In this document: positions 13,101 through 26,800 of the stretch, piece after piece
Numbering within the stretch: position 1 is the stretch's first letter
Layout: every line of letters starts with the position of its first letter
Assembly (NCBI GenBank): GCA_950097015.1
Contig: CATNEN010000025.1
Coordinates: 4,650,001-4,714,000, forward strand
Length of the DNA: 64,000 nt
Reading direction: 5' to 3'
From: Macrostomum hystrix
Taxonomy: Eukaryota > Animalia > Platyhelminthes
Program-made: the position numbers and the translations under genes
The notes under the pieces: model-generated
Told to the model about the DNA's origin: nothing
Databases searched by the model: none
Seen by the model: the letters and a program-made list of their open reading frames with translations, nothing else

Positions 13101-16100
13101 ATTTCCTATTTACTTTCCGCAAACTGAGCCAAACCTATTATTGTCCCGACTCCTGCAATTCTTTGAGAATATCACAAATTTATCAATCGTCGAACATCTC
13201 TACTCCCCTGTTTTTTATTTCCTAATCCCAACCGTTTAGTGTCCACAAATCTCCACAGGTTATTGTTGACGAAACCACACATATTATTGTTGACGAAACC
13301 ACACAGATTATTGTTGACGAAACCACACAGATTATTGTTGACGAAACCACACAGATTATTGTTGACGAAACCACACAGATTATTGTTGACGAATTCCCAC
13401 AGATTATTGTTGACGAATTCCCACAGATTATTGTTGACGAATTCCCACAGATTATTGTTGACGAATTCCCACAGATTATTGTTGACGAAACCACACAGAT
13501 TATTGTTGACGAATTCCCACAGATTATTGTTGACGAATTCCCACAGATTATTGTTGACGAAACCACACAGATTATTGTTGACGAATTCCCACAGATTATT
13601 GTTGACGAATTCCCACAGATTATTGTTGACGAATTCCTACAGATTATTGTTGACGAAACCACACAGATTATTGTTGACGAATTCCCACAGATTATTGTTG
13701 ACGAATTCCCACAGATTATTGTTGACGAATTCCCAGAGGATATTGTTGACAAAACCACACAGATTATTGTTGACGAATTCCCACAGATTATTGTTGACGA
13801 ATTCCCACAGATTATTGTTGACGAATTCCCAGAGGATATTGTTGACGAAACCACACAGATTATTGTTGACGAATTCCCACAGATTATTGTTGACGAATTC
13901 CCACAGATTATTGTTGACGAAACCACACAGATTATTGTTGACGAATTCCCACAGATTATTGTTGACGAATTCCCACAGATTATTGTTGACGAATTCCCAC
14001 AGATTATTGTTGACGAATTCCCAGAGGATATTGTTGACGAAACCACACAGATTATTGTTGACGAATTCCCACAGGTTATTGTTGACGAATTCCCACAGAT
14101 TATTGTTGACGAATTCCCACAGATTATTGTTGACGAAACCACACAGATTATTGTTGACGAATTCCCACAGATTATTGTTGACGAATTCCCACAGATTATT
14201 GTTGACGAATTCCCACAGATTATTGTTGACGAATTCCCAGAGGATATTGTTGACGAAACCACACAGATTATTGTTGACGAATTCCCACAGATTATTGTTG
14301 ACGAATTCCCACAGATTATTGTTGACGAATTCCCACAGATTATTGTTGACGAATTCCCACAGATTATTGTTGACGAATTCCCACAGATTATTGTTGACGA
14401 ATTCCCACAGATTATTGTTGAAGAATTCCCACAGATTATTGTTGACAAATTCCCACAGATTATTGTTGACGAATTCCCACAGATTATTGTTGACGAATTC
14501 CTACAGATTATTGTTGAAGAATTCCAACAGATTATTGTTGACGAATTCCCACAGATTATTGTTGACGAATTCCAACAGATTATTGTTGAATAATTCCCAC
14601 AGATTATTGTTGACGAATTCCCACAGATTATTGTTGACGAATTCCTACAGATTATTGTTGAAGAATTCCAACAGATTATTGTTGACGAATTCCCACAGAT
14701 TATTGTTGAAGAATTCCAACAGATTATTGTTGACGAATTCCCACAGATTATTGTTGACGAATTCCAACAGATTATTGTTGAATAATTCCCACAGATTATT
14801 GTTGACGAATTCCCAAAGGATATTGTTGACGAATTCCCACAGATTATTGTTGAAGAATTCCAACAGATTATTGTTGACGAATTCCCACAGATTATTGTTG
14901 ACGAATTCCAACAGATTATTGTTGAATAATTCCCACAGATTATTGTTGACGAATTCCCACAGATTATTGTTGACGAATTCCCACAGATTATTGTTGACGA
15001 ATTCCCACAGATTATTGTTGACGAATTCCCACAGATTATTGTTGACGAATTCCCACAGATTATTGTTGAAGAATTCCCACAGGTTATTGTTGACGAATTC
15101 CCACAGATTATTGTTGACGAATTCCCACAGATTATTGTTGACGAATTCCCACAGATTATTGTTGACGAATTCCCACAGATTATTGTTGACGAATTCCCAC
15201 AGATTATTGTTGACGAATTCCCACAGATTATTGTTGACGAATTCCCACAGATTATTGTTGACGAATTCCCACAGATTATTGTTGACGAATTCCCACAGAT
15301 TATTGTTGACGAATTCCCAGACGATATTGTTGAGGAAACTACACAGATTATTGTTGACAAATTCCCAAAGGATATTGTTGACGAATTCCCAAAGGATATT
15401 GTTGACGAATTCCCAAAGGATATTGTTGACGAATTCCCAAAGGATATTGTTGACGAATTCCCAAAGGATATTGTTGACGAAACCACACAGGTTATTGTTG
15501 ACGAATTCCCACAGATTATTGTTGACGAATTCCCAGATGATATTGTTGAGGAAACTACACAGATTATTGTTGACAAATTCCCAAAGGATATTGTTGACGA
15601 ATTCCCAAAGGATATTGTTGACGAATTCCCAAAGGATATTGTTGACGAATTCCCAAAGGATATTGTTGACGAATTCCCAAAGGATATTGTTGACGAATTC
15701 CCAAAGGATATTGTTGACGAAACCACACAGGTTATTGTTGACGAATTCCCACTGATTATTGCTAACGTATCCCCTCAGCTGATTGTTGAATTCCCACCGA
15801 TTCTTGTCCTTAAATCTCCATCCATTATTGACCTCAAATCCTCACCGATTATATCCTCAAATCCCCATCTATTATTGTTCTAAAATTCCCACCTTAAGTC
15901 TCCACCGGTCGTCCCGCAGTTACTTTTGACTATTGTCCCCAAATCCTCACCAAGTATTCTTCCCACATACACGCCGAGTATTGTCTTCCCAAAACAACAA
16001 AAAATAGTCCAAAAATCACCGGCATGCAGTGCCCAGAAATTCCTTACATAAAAATACCCAGAAAACACCACTTCCAATTGCCTAAACCCCAGATACAGTT

Positions 16101-19100
16101 GCAGCCCGCAAAACTCGAAACAAAATTGTCCCGAAATTTCCACCTACAAGTCCCCAATAATTTCCCAAATCCTCACAGATTGTCTTTGATTATCCCTTGA
16201 TTTTTCCGCTAATAATCGTTTCCAAATATCTGCAGAAAATGTTTTCCAATCCTCTGATAATATAGGCCATTGGTTCAGTGGGTAAACTTTCTCGCAGTTT
16301 AGGCCATTGCTCCATTGGCCATTCACAAAACAATTTTTTATACAGGCTGCTTCCATGATGCCAACTAAATGCGACCGAAGTACTTCTAGGAGAAAGTTGT
16401 TTATGACGCAGATCGGGTCTCTTGTTTTTTGTAGGCCAATTGGCTCCCCCATCTTAACCAGCTGGTCCGACATGCCCAATCGCCCAATTATCCCCCGTTC
16501 CGCTCAGCAATGAGCTTAGCCGCACGATTTCGTCTGGGTCTGAATCTGTTTTTGTACTTGTTGCAGCTATTCTCACCTTGATTTGTTCGAACAGGCCATT
16601 GCGTGCATCTCCGAATCTGGCTATCATTCTAGTTTTCCATTCTTGAAACTTATATCAGTAATTTCATTTCCTGATGACTTTCCCCTTGGGAGTAGAAAAA
16701 TTGACTGGTCTAGTTTTTAGCATTCGTGATGTACTGGTTGCGTGTCGGTGTTAATAATTTACCCTTAATGAGATTAAAACCCAATAAAAATCCTCTTCAT
16801 TAAAATCTTAATTAAATCACACCATTTTTCATAAGTCTACAAGCTTTAGAAATACATATCGCAGTTATAAAAATGTAAAAATTGCAAATAAACTTTTGAA
16901 GTATAAATGCCTCTTAAATTCCGAATCCCATCCAAAAATTCAAAATCCCCATTCCCCATTCGAGTAAAAAATCCCTATTCCCCATCAAAACTCTCTAACT
17001 TCGGAATTTCTATCAAACTAATTTAATCCTGATTCCCATCCAAACTGGAATTCCGATTCCCATCCAAACTGGAATTCCGATTCCCATCCAAACTGGAATT
17101 CCGATTCCCATCCAAACTGGAATTCCGATTCCCATCCAAACTGGAATTCCGATTCCCATCCAAACTGGAATTCCGATTCCCATCCAAACTGGAATCCCAA
17201 CTCCCATCCAAACTGGAATCCCAACTCCCATCCAAACTGGAATTCCGATTCCCATCCAAACTGGAATTCCGATTCCCATCCAAACTGGAATTCCGATTCC
17301 CATCCAAACTGAAATCCCAACTCCCATCCAAACTGGAATTCCGATTCCCATCCAAACTGAAATCCCGATTCCCATACAAACTAAAAGATCCTGATTCCCA
17401 TACAAACTGAAATCCCGATTCCCATCCAAACTGGAATTCCGATTCCCATCCAAACTGAAATCCCGATTCCCATCCAAACTGGAATTCCGATTCCCATCCA
17501 AACTGAAATCCCGATTCCCATCCAAACTGAAATCCCGATTCCCATCCAAACTGAAATCCTGATTCCCATCCAAACTGGAATTCCGATTCCCATCCAAACT
17601 GAAATCCCGATTCCCATCCAAACTGAAATCCCGATTCCCATCCAAACTGGAATTCCGATTCCCATCCAAACTGGAATTCCGATTCCCATCCAAACTGAAA
17701 TCCCAACTCCCATCCAAACTGAAATCCCGATTCCCATCCAAACTGAAATCCTGATTCCCATCCAAACTGGAATTCCGATTCCCAACCAAACTGAAATCCC
17801 GATTCCCATCCAAACTGAAATCCCGATTCCCATCCAAACTGGAATCCCGATTCCCATCCAAACTAAAATCCTGATTCCCATTCAAACTGGAATTCCGATT
17901 CCCATCCAAACTGGAATTCCGATTCCCATCCAAACTGAAATCCCGATTCCCATCCAAACTGAAATCCCAACTCCCATCCAAACTGGAATCCCAACTCCCA
18001 TCTAAACTGGAATTCCGATTCCCATCCAAACTGAAATCCCAATTCCCATCCAAACTATGAGATCCCAATTCCCATCCAAACTATGAGATCCCAATTCCCA
18101 TCCAAACTATGAGATCCCGATTCCCATCCAAACTATAAGATCCCGATTCCCATCCAAACTATAAGATCCCGATTCCCATCCAAACTATAAGATCCCAATT
18201 CCCATCCAAACTATAAGATCCCAATTCCCATCCAAACTATGAGATCCCAACTCCCATCCAAACTGGAATTCCGATTCCCATCCAAACTATAAGATCCCAA
18301 TTCCCATCCAAACTATGAGATCCCAATTCCCATCCAAACTATGAGATCCCAATTCCCATCCAAACTATAAGATCCCGATTCCCATCCAAACTATAAGATC
18401 CCAATTCCCATCCAAACTATAAGATCCCAATTCCCATCCAAACTATGAGATCCCGATTCCCATCCAAACTATAAGATCCCGATTCCCATCCAAACTATAA
18501 GATCCCAATTCCCATCCAAACTATAAGATCCCGATTCCCATCCAAACTATAAGATCCCGATTCCCATCCAAACTATAAGATCCCAATTCCCATCCAAACT
18601 ATGAGATCCCAATTCCCATCCAAACTATGAGATCCCGATTCCCATCCAAACTATAAGATCCCAATTCCCATCCAAACTATAAGATCCCAATTCCCATCCA
18701 AACTATAAGATCCCGATTCCCATCCAAACTATAAGATCCCGATTCCCATCCAAACTATAAGATCCCGATTCCCATCCAAACTATAAGATCCCAATTCCCA
18801 TCCAAACTATGAGATCCCAATTCCCATCCAAACTATAAGATCCCAATTCCCATCCAAACTATAAGATCCCGATTCCCATCCAAACTATAAGATCCCGATT
18901 CCCATCCAAACTATAAGATCCCAATTCCCATCCAAACTATAAGATCCTGAAAATTACCAAGCACCTTACCTACTTCAGATCCCTAATCTTAAAATTCTAA
19001 TCGAACCATTGAACAGTTTCCGCTTCGCTTCCCGGCGCCTGAGAAGCCGGGCAGTTACACCTACACCCTGTGCCTCCGCTCCGACTCCTACCTGGATCTT

Positions 19101-19358
19101 GAGCTCAACCAGCCCATCCGACTGGATGTGCTGCCGGCCACCGAGGTGCCAACCAAGAAGCCGGTGTACGACTCTAGCGATCAGGAAGACGACTCAGCCG
19201 GATCCGACGAATACGACGCCGACTCAGCCGACGACGCTGACAACAATGCGACCGAGGCCAGGCGTCGTCGTGCTGTGGGCGGCGGCGCTGGCGCCAATGC
19301 AGCGACCGGGGCCAACGATTCAGACGGCGGATCTACGGATTACGACTATTCCGAGTGA
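7173..19358 (+). CDS. SEC63: Translocon-associated J-domain protein SEC63 (7 exons)
   Basis: Exons 7173-7293, 9399-9504, 9585-9699, 10080-10559, 10858-11418, 11910-12746, 19017-19358, all GT-AG and in phase. N-terminus MAGMKFEYDESGSTFYYFLL, TM segments, J-domain (IRKAYRQLSLTHHPDKGGD; NWEMHGNPDGP), Sec63/Brl domain (YALKARVLLHAHLSR; EFWWLY; FPAPEKPGSYTYTLCLRSDSYL) and an acidic C-tail. Confidence 0.97.
9837..9980. repeat. 32-bp tandem repeat, ~4.4 copies, SEC63 intron 3
   Basis: AGATTCTCAGGTAGGATCACTGCCCTCCTGTC at 9837, 9869, 9901, 9933, partial at 9965. Confidence 0.95.
11462..11832. repeat. 22/20-bp minisatellite, SEC63 intron 5
   Basis: GTAGTTGGTGGTCAATTCTATG interspersed with GTAGTTGGTGGTCAACTGGG. 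Confidence 0.95.
13250..15760. repeat. 24-bp minisatellite, SEC63 intron 6
   Basis: ATTATTGTTGACGAATTCCCACAG with variants, ~105 units. It explains the 834/838-aa repeat ORFs. Confidence 0.97.
17025..18948. repeat. 24-bp then 26-bp minisatellite, SEC63 intron 6
   Basis: TTCCCATCCAAACTGGAATTCCGA (24 bp) up to ~18040, then TTCCCATCCAAACTATAAGATCCCAA (26 bp) up to ~18948. Confidence 0.97.
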
Positions 19359-19689
19359 TCTTCAGAAGGCTTGCTTGACTGACTCGACTAGTGATTAGAC
19401 ATGTGCTTCTTCTACTGTTGTGTATTTCTGACGATTGACTTTACTCTTGAGGTGTTTGTGTCTGGGGGCAGGGCAATTGGCGGTGCAATTTGCTTTCATA
19501 TCTTGATTTCTTATTCTTGCTGATTCCTAATAAAAATATCTTTTTTGTTGCTAGGCCGAAAGGCACACATGTGGGAAGATGGAACTAAAACTTGATATTT
19601 ATGTTTTAAAAACTGTAATTTCTCGACAATATTACCAATACCAACTTACCAATGTAATGCAAAATAATGGCAATGGTAAAATATCCTCA

Positions 19690-20490
19690 ACCGTTGTTAA
19701 ATTATCCCCACTAGTTTGTAAATTATCACCACCAGTTTGTAAATTATCCCCACCAGTTTGTAAATTATCCCCACCAGTTGGTAAATTATCCCCACTAGTT
19801 TTTAAATATCCCTAACCAGTTGGTAAATTATCCCCACTAGTTTTTAAATATCCCTAACCAGTTGGTAAATTATCCCCACTAGTTTTTAAATATCCCTAAC
19901 CAGATGGTAAATTATCCCCAACCGGTTGTTAAATTATTCCCCACCAGTATCCCTAACCAGTTGGTAAATTATCCCCAACCGGTTGGTAAATTATCCCCTA
20001 CCAGTTGGTAAATTATCCCCACCAGTTGTTAAATTATCCCCCACCAGTTTGTAAATTATCCCCACCCGTTGTTAAATTATCCCCAACCTGTTGGTAAATT
20101 ATCCCCAACCTGTTGGTAAATTATCCCCACCAGTTGTTAAATTATCCCCAACCTGTTGGTAAATTATCCCCACCAGTTGTTAAATTATCCACACCAGTTG
20201 TTAAATTATCCCAAACCTGTTGGTAAATTATCCCCAACCTGTTGGTAAATATCCCTAACCAGTTGGTAAATTATCCCCAACCTGTTGGTAAATATCCCTA
20301 ACCAGTTGGTAAATTATCCCCAACCTGTTGGTAAATTATCCCCACCAGTTGGTAAATTATCCCCAACCTGTTGGTAAATTATCCCTACCAGTTGGTAAAT
20401 TATCCCCACTAGTTTTTTAATATCCCTAACCAGTTGTTAAATTATCCCCAACCAGTTTGTAAAGTATCCCCACCAGTGGATAAATTATCT
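19690..20490. repeat. Degenerate ~21-bp minisatellite downstream of SEC63
   Basis: GTTGGTAAATTATCCCCACCA-like units with length variants. Confidence 0.9.
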
Positions 20491-20889
20491 ACACCGATTC
20501 TTCTTGTCTTCTTAAAATAAAGCGAGATTTAAAAGAAAAAAAGCGTGAATCTATTTCCGAACAATTTGCACTTTTGCTTCATAAAAATATGAAGAAAAAA
20601 AATACATTCTTGGGGTTTGCTCGTTTCGTTCTGCTAAAAATGGATAACAAAACTTGCACGGATATAACAAACGGTTAGTAAAGAAGAATTCAAAATCTTG
20701 TGTTCTTGCGTCAAAACTTTGTTTAATTTATAACTTTTTTTCTTTCTGTCTCGAATGCTGGCTTTTTCAGATATATTTTACTTTCAGATATACTACTATA
20801 GTCCAGGTAGTTAGTTTTCTATAACATTTTAATAACTATTTCCTCTCTTCCTTACCTTAGACAATTATTACACTACTGATTACCATATG

Positions 20890-21300
20890 GGTTACCGATG
20901 ACCATCGTTGATAACCGATGACCATTACTGGCTAACATTGAACATCATTGGTTACCCATGAATACATTACATTACTGGCTACAGACCGATGACCATTATT
21001 GGTTACAAATATTAGTTACCGATGACGAATATTAGTTACCGATGACCAATATTAGTTACTGATGACCAATATTAGTTACCGATGACCAATATTAGGCACC
21101 GATGAACAATATTAGGCATCGATGACCAATATTAGGCATCGATGACCAATATTTGTTACCGATGACCAATATTAGGCACCGATGACCAATATTTGTTACC
21201 GATGACCAATATTTGTTACCGATGACCAATATTTGTTACCGATGACCAATATTAGGCACCGATGACCAATATTAGGCACCGATGACCAATATTATTTACC
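20890..21300. repeat. 20-bp minisatellite
   Basis: GATGACCAATATTAGTTACC / GATGACCAATATTAGGCACC, degenerate toward the left end. Confidence 0.9.
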
Positions 21301-21689
21301 AGCAACAAGAACAAGAAAACGCGAATAGTGGTCATGGTTGCCATTATTGGTTTACAGATTGGTAAAAAAAATTATCTGAAAAACCCAGCATTTGTGCGTC
21401 TAAAGACAAGTCGACTGTCATGATTGCTTTAACGAATTATTGATCATATTTTTGTCATTATTTGTCTTGTTTACTACATTTTTGGGTCAAGGTATTTGCC
21501 TAACTAGTTTAGTGCTTTGTTCAGCAGTGCAGAATCGATCATAAATTCCTTAATTCCATTTTGAACTAGTCGCTGTACTCTTCATTTCTGTTTTTTTTTT
21601 AAACAAACTTGTCAACTTTTTTAGTTTGTAGTTTTCAATTATCTTTCTCAAATTGCAGACTGAACTCATCCGGTAACAGTTATACGCCT

Positions 21690-23600
21690 GACAATGTGAC
21701 ACATCTAACAACTACTGTGGTGACGGCTTGTTTAAGCAAAACTAAAAAAATAGCTTCATTCCAGTCTATGATTTTTATATGGCTACTAACGATATGCAGG
21801 AAACTAAATTAATGTCATTCTTTAATATTAGCTAAAACACGCCCGCTCACATCTACATGCTAATGTATAGATCCTGCTGCCTCTCTTTAACCATCATGTG
21901 CACTGTACTTTAGTGTTAGCCCGTGTGTGCTGGTGTGCAAATTTCTGAGTCAAAACAGTTATATAAACATTAAAATTATTTAAACAAAGTCCAGTATATA
22001 AAAATATATGCATATTGTATTCACATCGTGCTTTGTGCTGCCTTTTACTCAATCTTTGAGTACCAACAGTACATTGTGCTTCGTGTGTTGATCATAGCTA
22101 ATCTATTATGTTGGACACTCTTTATCACCATCCTTATTTCATTACTTCTTTCTCTAATTTCGGGTCCTGCACAGATTGATAAGTCAAGCTCATGATCAAC
22201 TCCAAGATGCTCAGATTGATGAGTCAACTCCAAGATGCTCAGACTGATGAGTCAACTCCAAGATGCTCAGACTGATGAGTCAACTCCAAGATGCTCAGAC
22301 TGATGAGTCAACTCCAAGATGCTCAGACTGATGAGTCAACTCCAAGATGCTCAGATTGATGAGTCAACTCCAAGATGCTCAGACTGATGAGTCAACTCCA
22401 AGATGCTCAGACTGATGAGTCAACTCCAAGATGCTCAGACTGATGAGTCAACTCCAAGATGCTCAGACTGATGAGTCAACTCCAAGATGCTCAGATTGAT
22501 GAGTCAACTCCAAGATGCTCAGACTGATGAGTCAACTCCAAGATGCTCAGACTGATGAGTCAACTCCAAGATGCTCAGACTGATGAGTCAACTCCAAGAT
22601 GCTCAGATTGATGAGTCAACTCCAAGATGCTCAGACTGATGAGTCAACTCCAAGATGCTCAGACTGATGAGTCAACTCCAAGATGCTCAGACTGATGAGT
22701 CAACTCCAAGATGCTCAGACTGATGAGTCAACTCCAAGATGCTCAGACTAATGAGTCAACTACAAGATGCTCAGACTAATGAGTCAACTCCAAGATGCTC
22801 AGACTGATGAGTCAACTCCAAGATGCTCAGACTGATGAGTCAACTCCAAGATGCTCAGACTGATGAGTCAACTCCAAGATGCTCAGACTGATGAGTCAAC
22901 TCCAAGATGCTCAGACTGATGAGTCAACTCCAAGATGCTCAGACTGATGAGTCAACTCCAAGATGCTCAGACTGATGAGTCAACTCCAAGATGCTCAGAC
23001 TGATGAGTCAACTCCAAGATGCTCAGACTGATGAGTCAACTCCAAGATGCTCAGATTGATGAGTCAACTCCAAGATGCTCAGATTGATGAGTCAACCCCA
23101 AAGTCTATCATATTGTTGAAGCAGCAATTCTAATATGTTAATATTGGACCAAACAAACCCTGGTGCTTAGATTTTGGTGTTATTTTCCGTTAGCAGTCAT
23201 TAAAGCGCGAACATCGAGGAACGCGCATGCAATTTGGGCACCTGTAAGAAACGGTGCCTTCATCCACACGCGCTGAAAGTGCCTGCGCGGTTCGTACTAA
23301 CAGCTATACTAGCAGCCAATACGCCCACTCAGTGCGCCCTCGTTCACATGTTTACGAAGGTAAGCGGTCCTATTTCGCTTGTTGTCTCGTCTGGCCGATT
23401 GCCTGAGCATCACAATGGGCTTCTGGTGGGCTGTCTGGCCGGAGATACTCGATATCAAAGGATATAGCGCGCCAATTTCGAGTACGCGGGAGTTCTTAAT
23501 TGAGTCTTTTTTTGAGTCGGTTTTTTTCGCCTTGACTGTGCTCAATTCAGAACTGATTGATCTACCCGACTCAAGCCGGGTTGCTGCACCTGTTGCTCTC
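21690..23600 (-). CDS. Possible exons of an unidentified minus-strand gene
   Basis: The open segment 23309-23600, an exon near 22170-22070 (PEIRERSNEIRMVIKSVQHNRLAMINTRSTMYC) and an exon from ~21780 (CSHIKIIDWNEAIFLVLLKQ) can be joined in phase with plausible AG/GT sites. No homology recognised. Confidence 0.25.
22193..23098. repeat. 28-bp minisatellite, ~32 near-identical units
   Basis: GAGTCAACTCCAAGATGCTCAGACTGAT periodicity. Confidence 0.98.
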
Positions 23601-23865
23601 GCATTCGACAGAAGAAATTAGTGTGCCATAAACGGTGTCGCCTTCACATCCCTCTCCTTCCCCTTCTCGGGCCGTTACACCTTCCAATTTCAATTCTGGA
23701 GCATTCAGTGCGAGACAAAACCTGCGGCTTTTTTATTTGCAGGTGGGAATGAACTTTTTTTTAGATATTGTCAGTTCCTCAATAAACAATTTTTTGTCTG
23801 GTTATGCTTTCTGAAAATTCAAGGTCCACAATGCCACTAATCATCGTTCAGTCCAATTTTCTGTT

Positions 23866-26800
23866 GACAGTGGACAGTGGAGACACTGAAGTCACACTGA
23901 CAGTGGAGACAAAGTCACAGGGACAGTGGAGACACTGAAGTCACAGGGACAGTGGAGACACTGAAGTCACAGGGACAGTGGAGACACTGAAGTCACAGGG
24001 ACAGTGGAGACACTGAAGTCACACTGACAGTGGAGACACTGAAGTCACAGGGACAGTGGAGACACTGAAGTCACACTGACAGTGGAGACAAAGTCACAGG
24101 GACAGTGGAGACACTGAAGTCACAGGGACAGTGGAGACACTGAAGTCACACTGACAGTGGAGACAAAGTCACAGGGACAGTGGAGACACTGAAGTCACAC
24201 TGACAGTGGAGACAAAGTCACAGGGACAGTGGAGACACTGAAGTCACAGGGACAGTGGAGACACTGAAGTCACAGGGACAGTGGAGACACTGAAGTCACA
24301 GGGACAGTGGAGACAAAGTCACAGGGACAGTGGAGACACTGAAGTCACACTGACAGTGGAGACAAAGTCACAGGGACAGTGGAGACACTGAAGTCACACT
24401 GACAGTGGAGACAAAGTCACAGGGACAGTGGAGACACTGAAGTCACAGGGACAGTGGAGACACTGAAGTCACAGGGACAGTGGAGACACTGAAGTCACAG
24501 GGACAGTGGAGACAAAGTCACAGGGACAGTGGAGACACTGAAGTCACACTGACAGTGGAGACAAAGTCACAGGGACAGTGGAGACACTGAAGTCACAGGG
24601 ACAGTGGAGACACTGAAGTCACACTGACAGTGGAGACAAAGTCACAGGGACAGTGGAGACACTGAAGTCACAGGGACAGTGGAGACACTGAAGTCACACT
24701 GACAGTGGAGACACTGAAGTCACGGGGAAAGTGGAGACACTGAAGTCACAGGGACAGTGGAGACACTGAAGTCACACTGACAGTGGAGACAAAGTCACAG
24801 GGACAGTGGAGACACTGAAGTCACACTGACAGTGGAGACAAAGTCACAGGGACAGTGGAGACACTGAAGTCACAGGGACAGTGGAGACACTGAAGTCACA
24901 CTGACAGTGGAGACACTGAAGTCACAGGGAAAGTGGAGACACTGAAGTCACACTGACAGTGGAGACAAAGTCACAGGGACAGTGAAGACACTGAAGTCAC
25001 ACTGACAGTGGAGACAAAGTCACAGGGACAGTGGAGACACTGAAGTCACAGGGACAGTGGAGACACTGAAGTCACACTGACAGTGGAGACAAAGTCACAG
25101 GGACAGTGGAGACACTGAAGTCACAGGGACAGTGGAGACACTGAAGTCACACTGACAGTGGAGACAAAGTCACAGGGACAGTGGAGACACTGAAGTCACA
25201 CTGACAGTGGAGACAAAGTCACAGGGACAGTGGAGACACTGAAGTCACAGGGACAGTGGAGACACTGAAGTCACAGGGACAGTGGAGACACTGAAGTCAC
25301 AGGGAAAGTGGAGACACTGAAGTCACAGGGACAGTGGAGACACTGAAGTCACACTGACAGTGGAGACAAAGTCACAGGGACAGTGGAGACACTGAAGTCA
25401 CACTGACAGTGGAGACAAAGTCACAGGGACAGTGGAGACACTGAAGTCACAGGGACAGTGGAGACACTGAAGTCACACTGACAGTGGAGACACTGAAGTC
25501 ACAGGGAAAGTGGAGACACTGAAGTCACACTGACAGTGGAGACAAAGTCACAGGGACAGTGAAGACACTGAAGTCACTCTGACAGTGGAGACAAAGTCAC
25601 AGGGACAGTGGAGACACTGAAGTCACAGGGACAGTGGAGACACTGAAGTCACACTGACAGTGGAGACAAAGTCACAGGGACAGTGGAGACACTGAAGTCA
25701 CAGGGACAGTGGAGACACTGAAGTCACACTGACAGTGGAGACAAAGTCACAGGGACAGTGGAGACACTGAAGTCACACTGACAGTGGAGACAAAGTCACA
25801 GGGACAGTGGAGACACTGAAGTCACAGGGACAGTGGAGACACTGAAGTCACAGGGACAGTGGAGACACTGAAATCACAGGGACAGTGGAGACACTGAAGT
25901 CACAGGGACAGTGGAGACACTGAAGTCACAGGGACAGTGGAGACACTGAAGTCACAGGGACAGTGGAGACACTGAAGTCACAGGGAAAGTGAAGACACTG
26001 AAGTCACAGGGACAGTGGAGACACTGAAGTCACAGGGACAGTGGAGACACTGAAGTCACAGGGAAAGTGAAGACACTGAAGTCACAGGGACAGTGGAGAC
26101 ACTGAAGTCACAGGGAAAGTGAAGACACTGAAGTCACAGGGACAGTGGAGACACTGAAGTCACAGGGACAGTGGAGACACTGAAGTCACACTGACAGTGG
26201 AGACAAAGTCACAGGGACAGTGGAGACACTGAAGTCACACTGACAGTGGAGACAAAGTCACAGGGACAGTGGAGACACTGAAGTCACACTGACAGTGGAG
26301 ACAAAGTCACAGGGACAGTGGAGACACTGAAGTCACAGGGACAGTGGAGACACTGAAGTCACAGGGACAGTGGAGACACTGAAGTCACAGGGACAGTGGA
26401 GACACTGAAGTCACACTGACAGTGGAGACAAAGTCACAGGGACAGTGGAGACACTGAAGTCACACTGACAGTGGAGACAAAGTCACAGGGACAGTGGAGA
26501 CACTGAAGTCACAGGGACAGTGGAGACACTGAAGTCACAGGGACAGTGGAGACACTGAAGTCACAGGGACAGTGGAGACACTGAAGTCACACTGACAGTG
26601 GAGACAAAGTCACAGGGACAGTGGAGACACTGAAGTCACAGGGACAGTGGAGACACTGAAGTCACAGGGACAGTGGAGACACTGAAATCACAGGGACAGT
26701 GGAGACACTGAAGTCACAGGGACAGTGGAGACACTGAAGTCACAGGGACAGTGGAGACACTGAAGTCACACTGACAGTGGAGACAAAGTCACAGGGACAG

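Noticed and set aside
13222-15755. 834/838-aa repeat proteins (ice-nucleation- or antifreeze-like appearance)
   Set aside because: They lie within SEC63 intron 6, are open on both strands because 24 is a multiple of 3, and have no flanking gene structure.
17013-18068. GNRNSSLD / GWESEFQF / WMGIGIPV repeat ORFs
   Set aside because: These are several frames of the same intronic minisatellite.
23309-23545. SAM methyltransferase (VLEIGA motif) or uL5-like protein
   Set aside because: Only a 5-6 residue resemblance, with no further family motifs.
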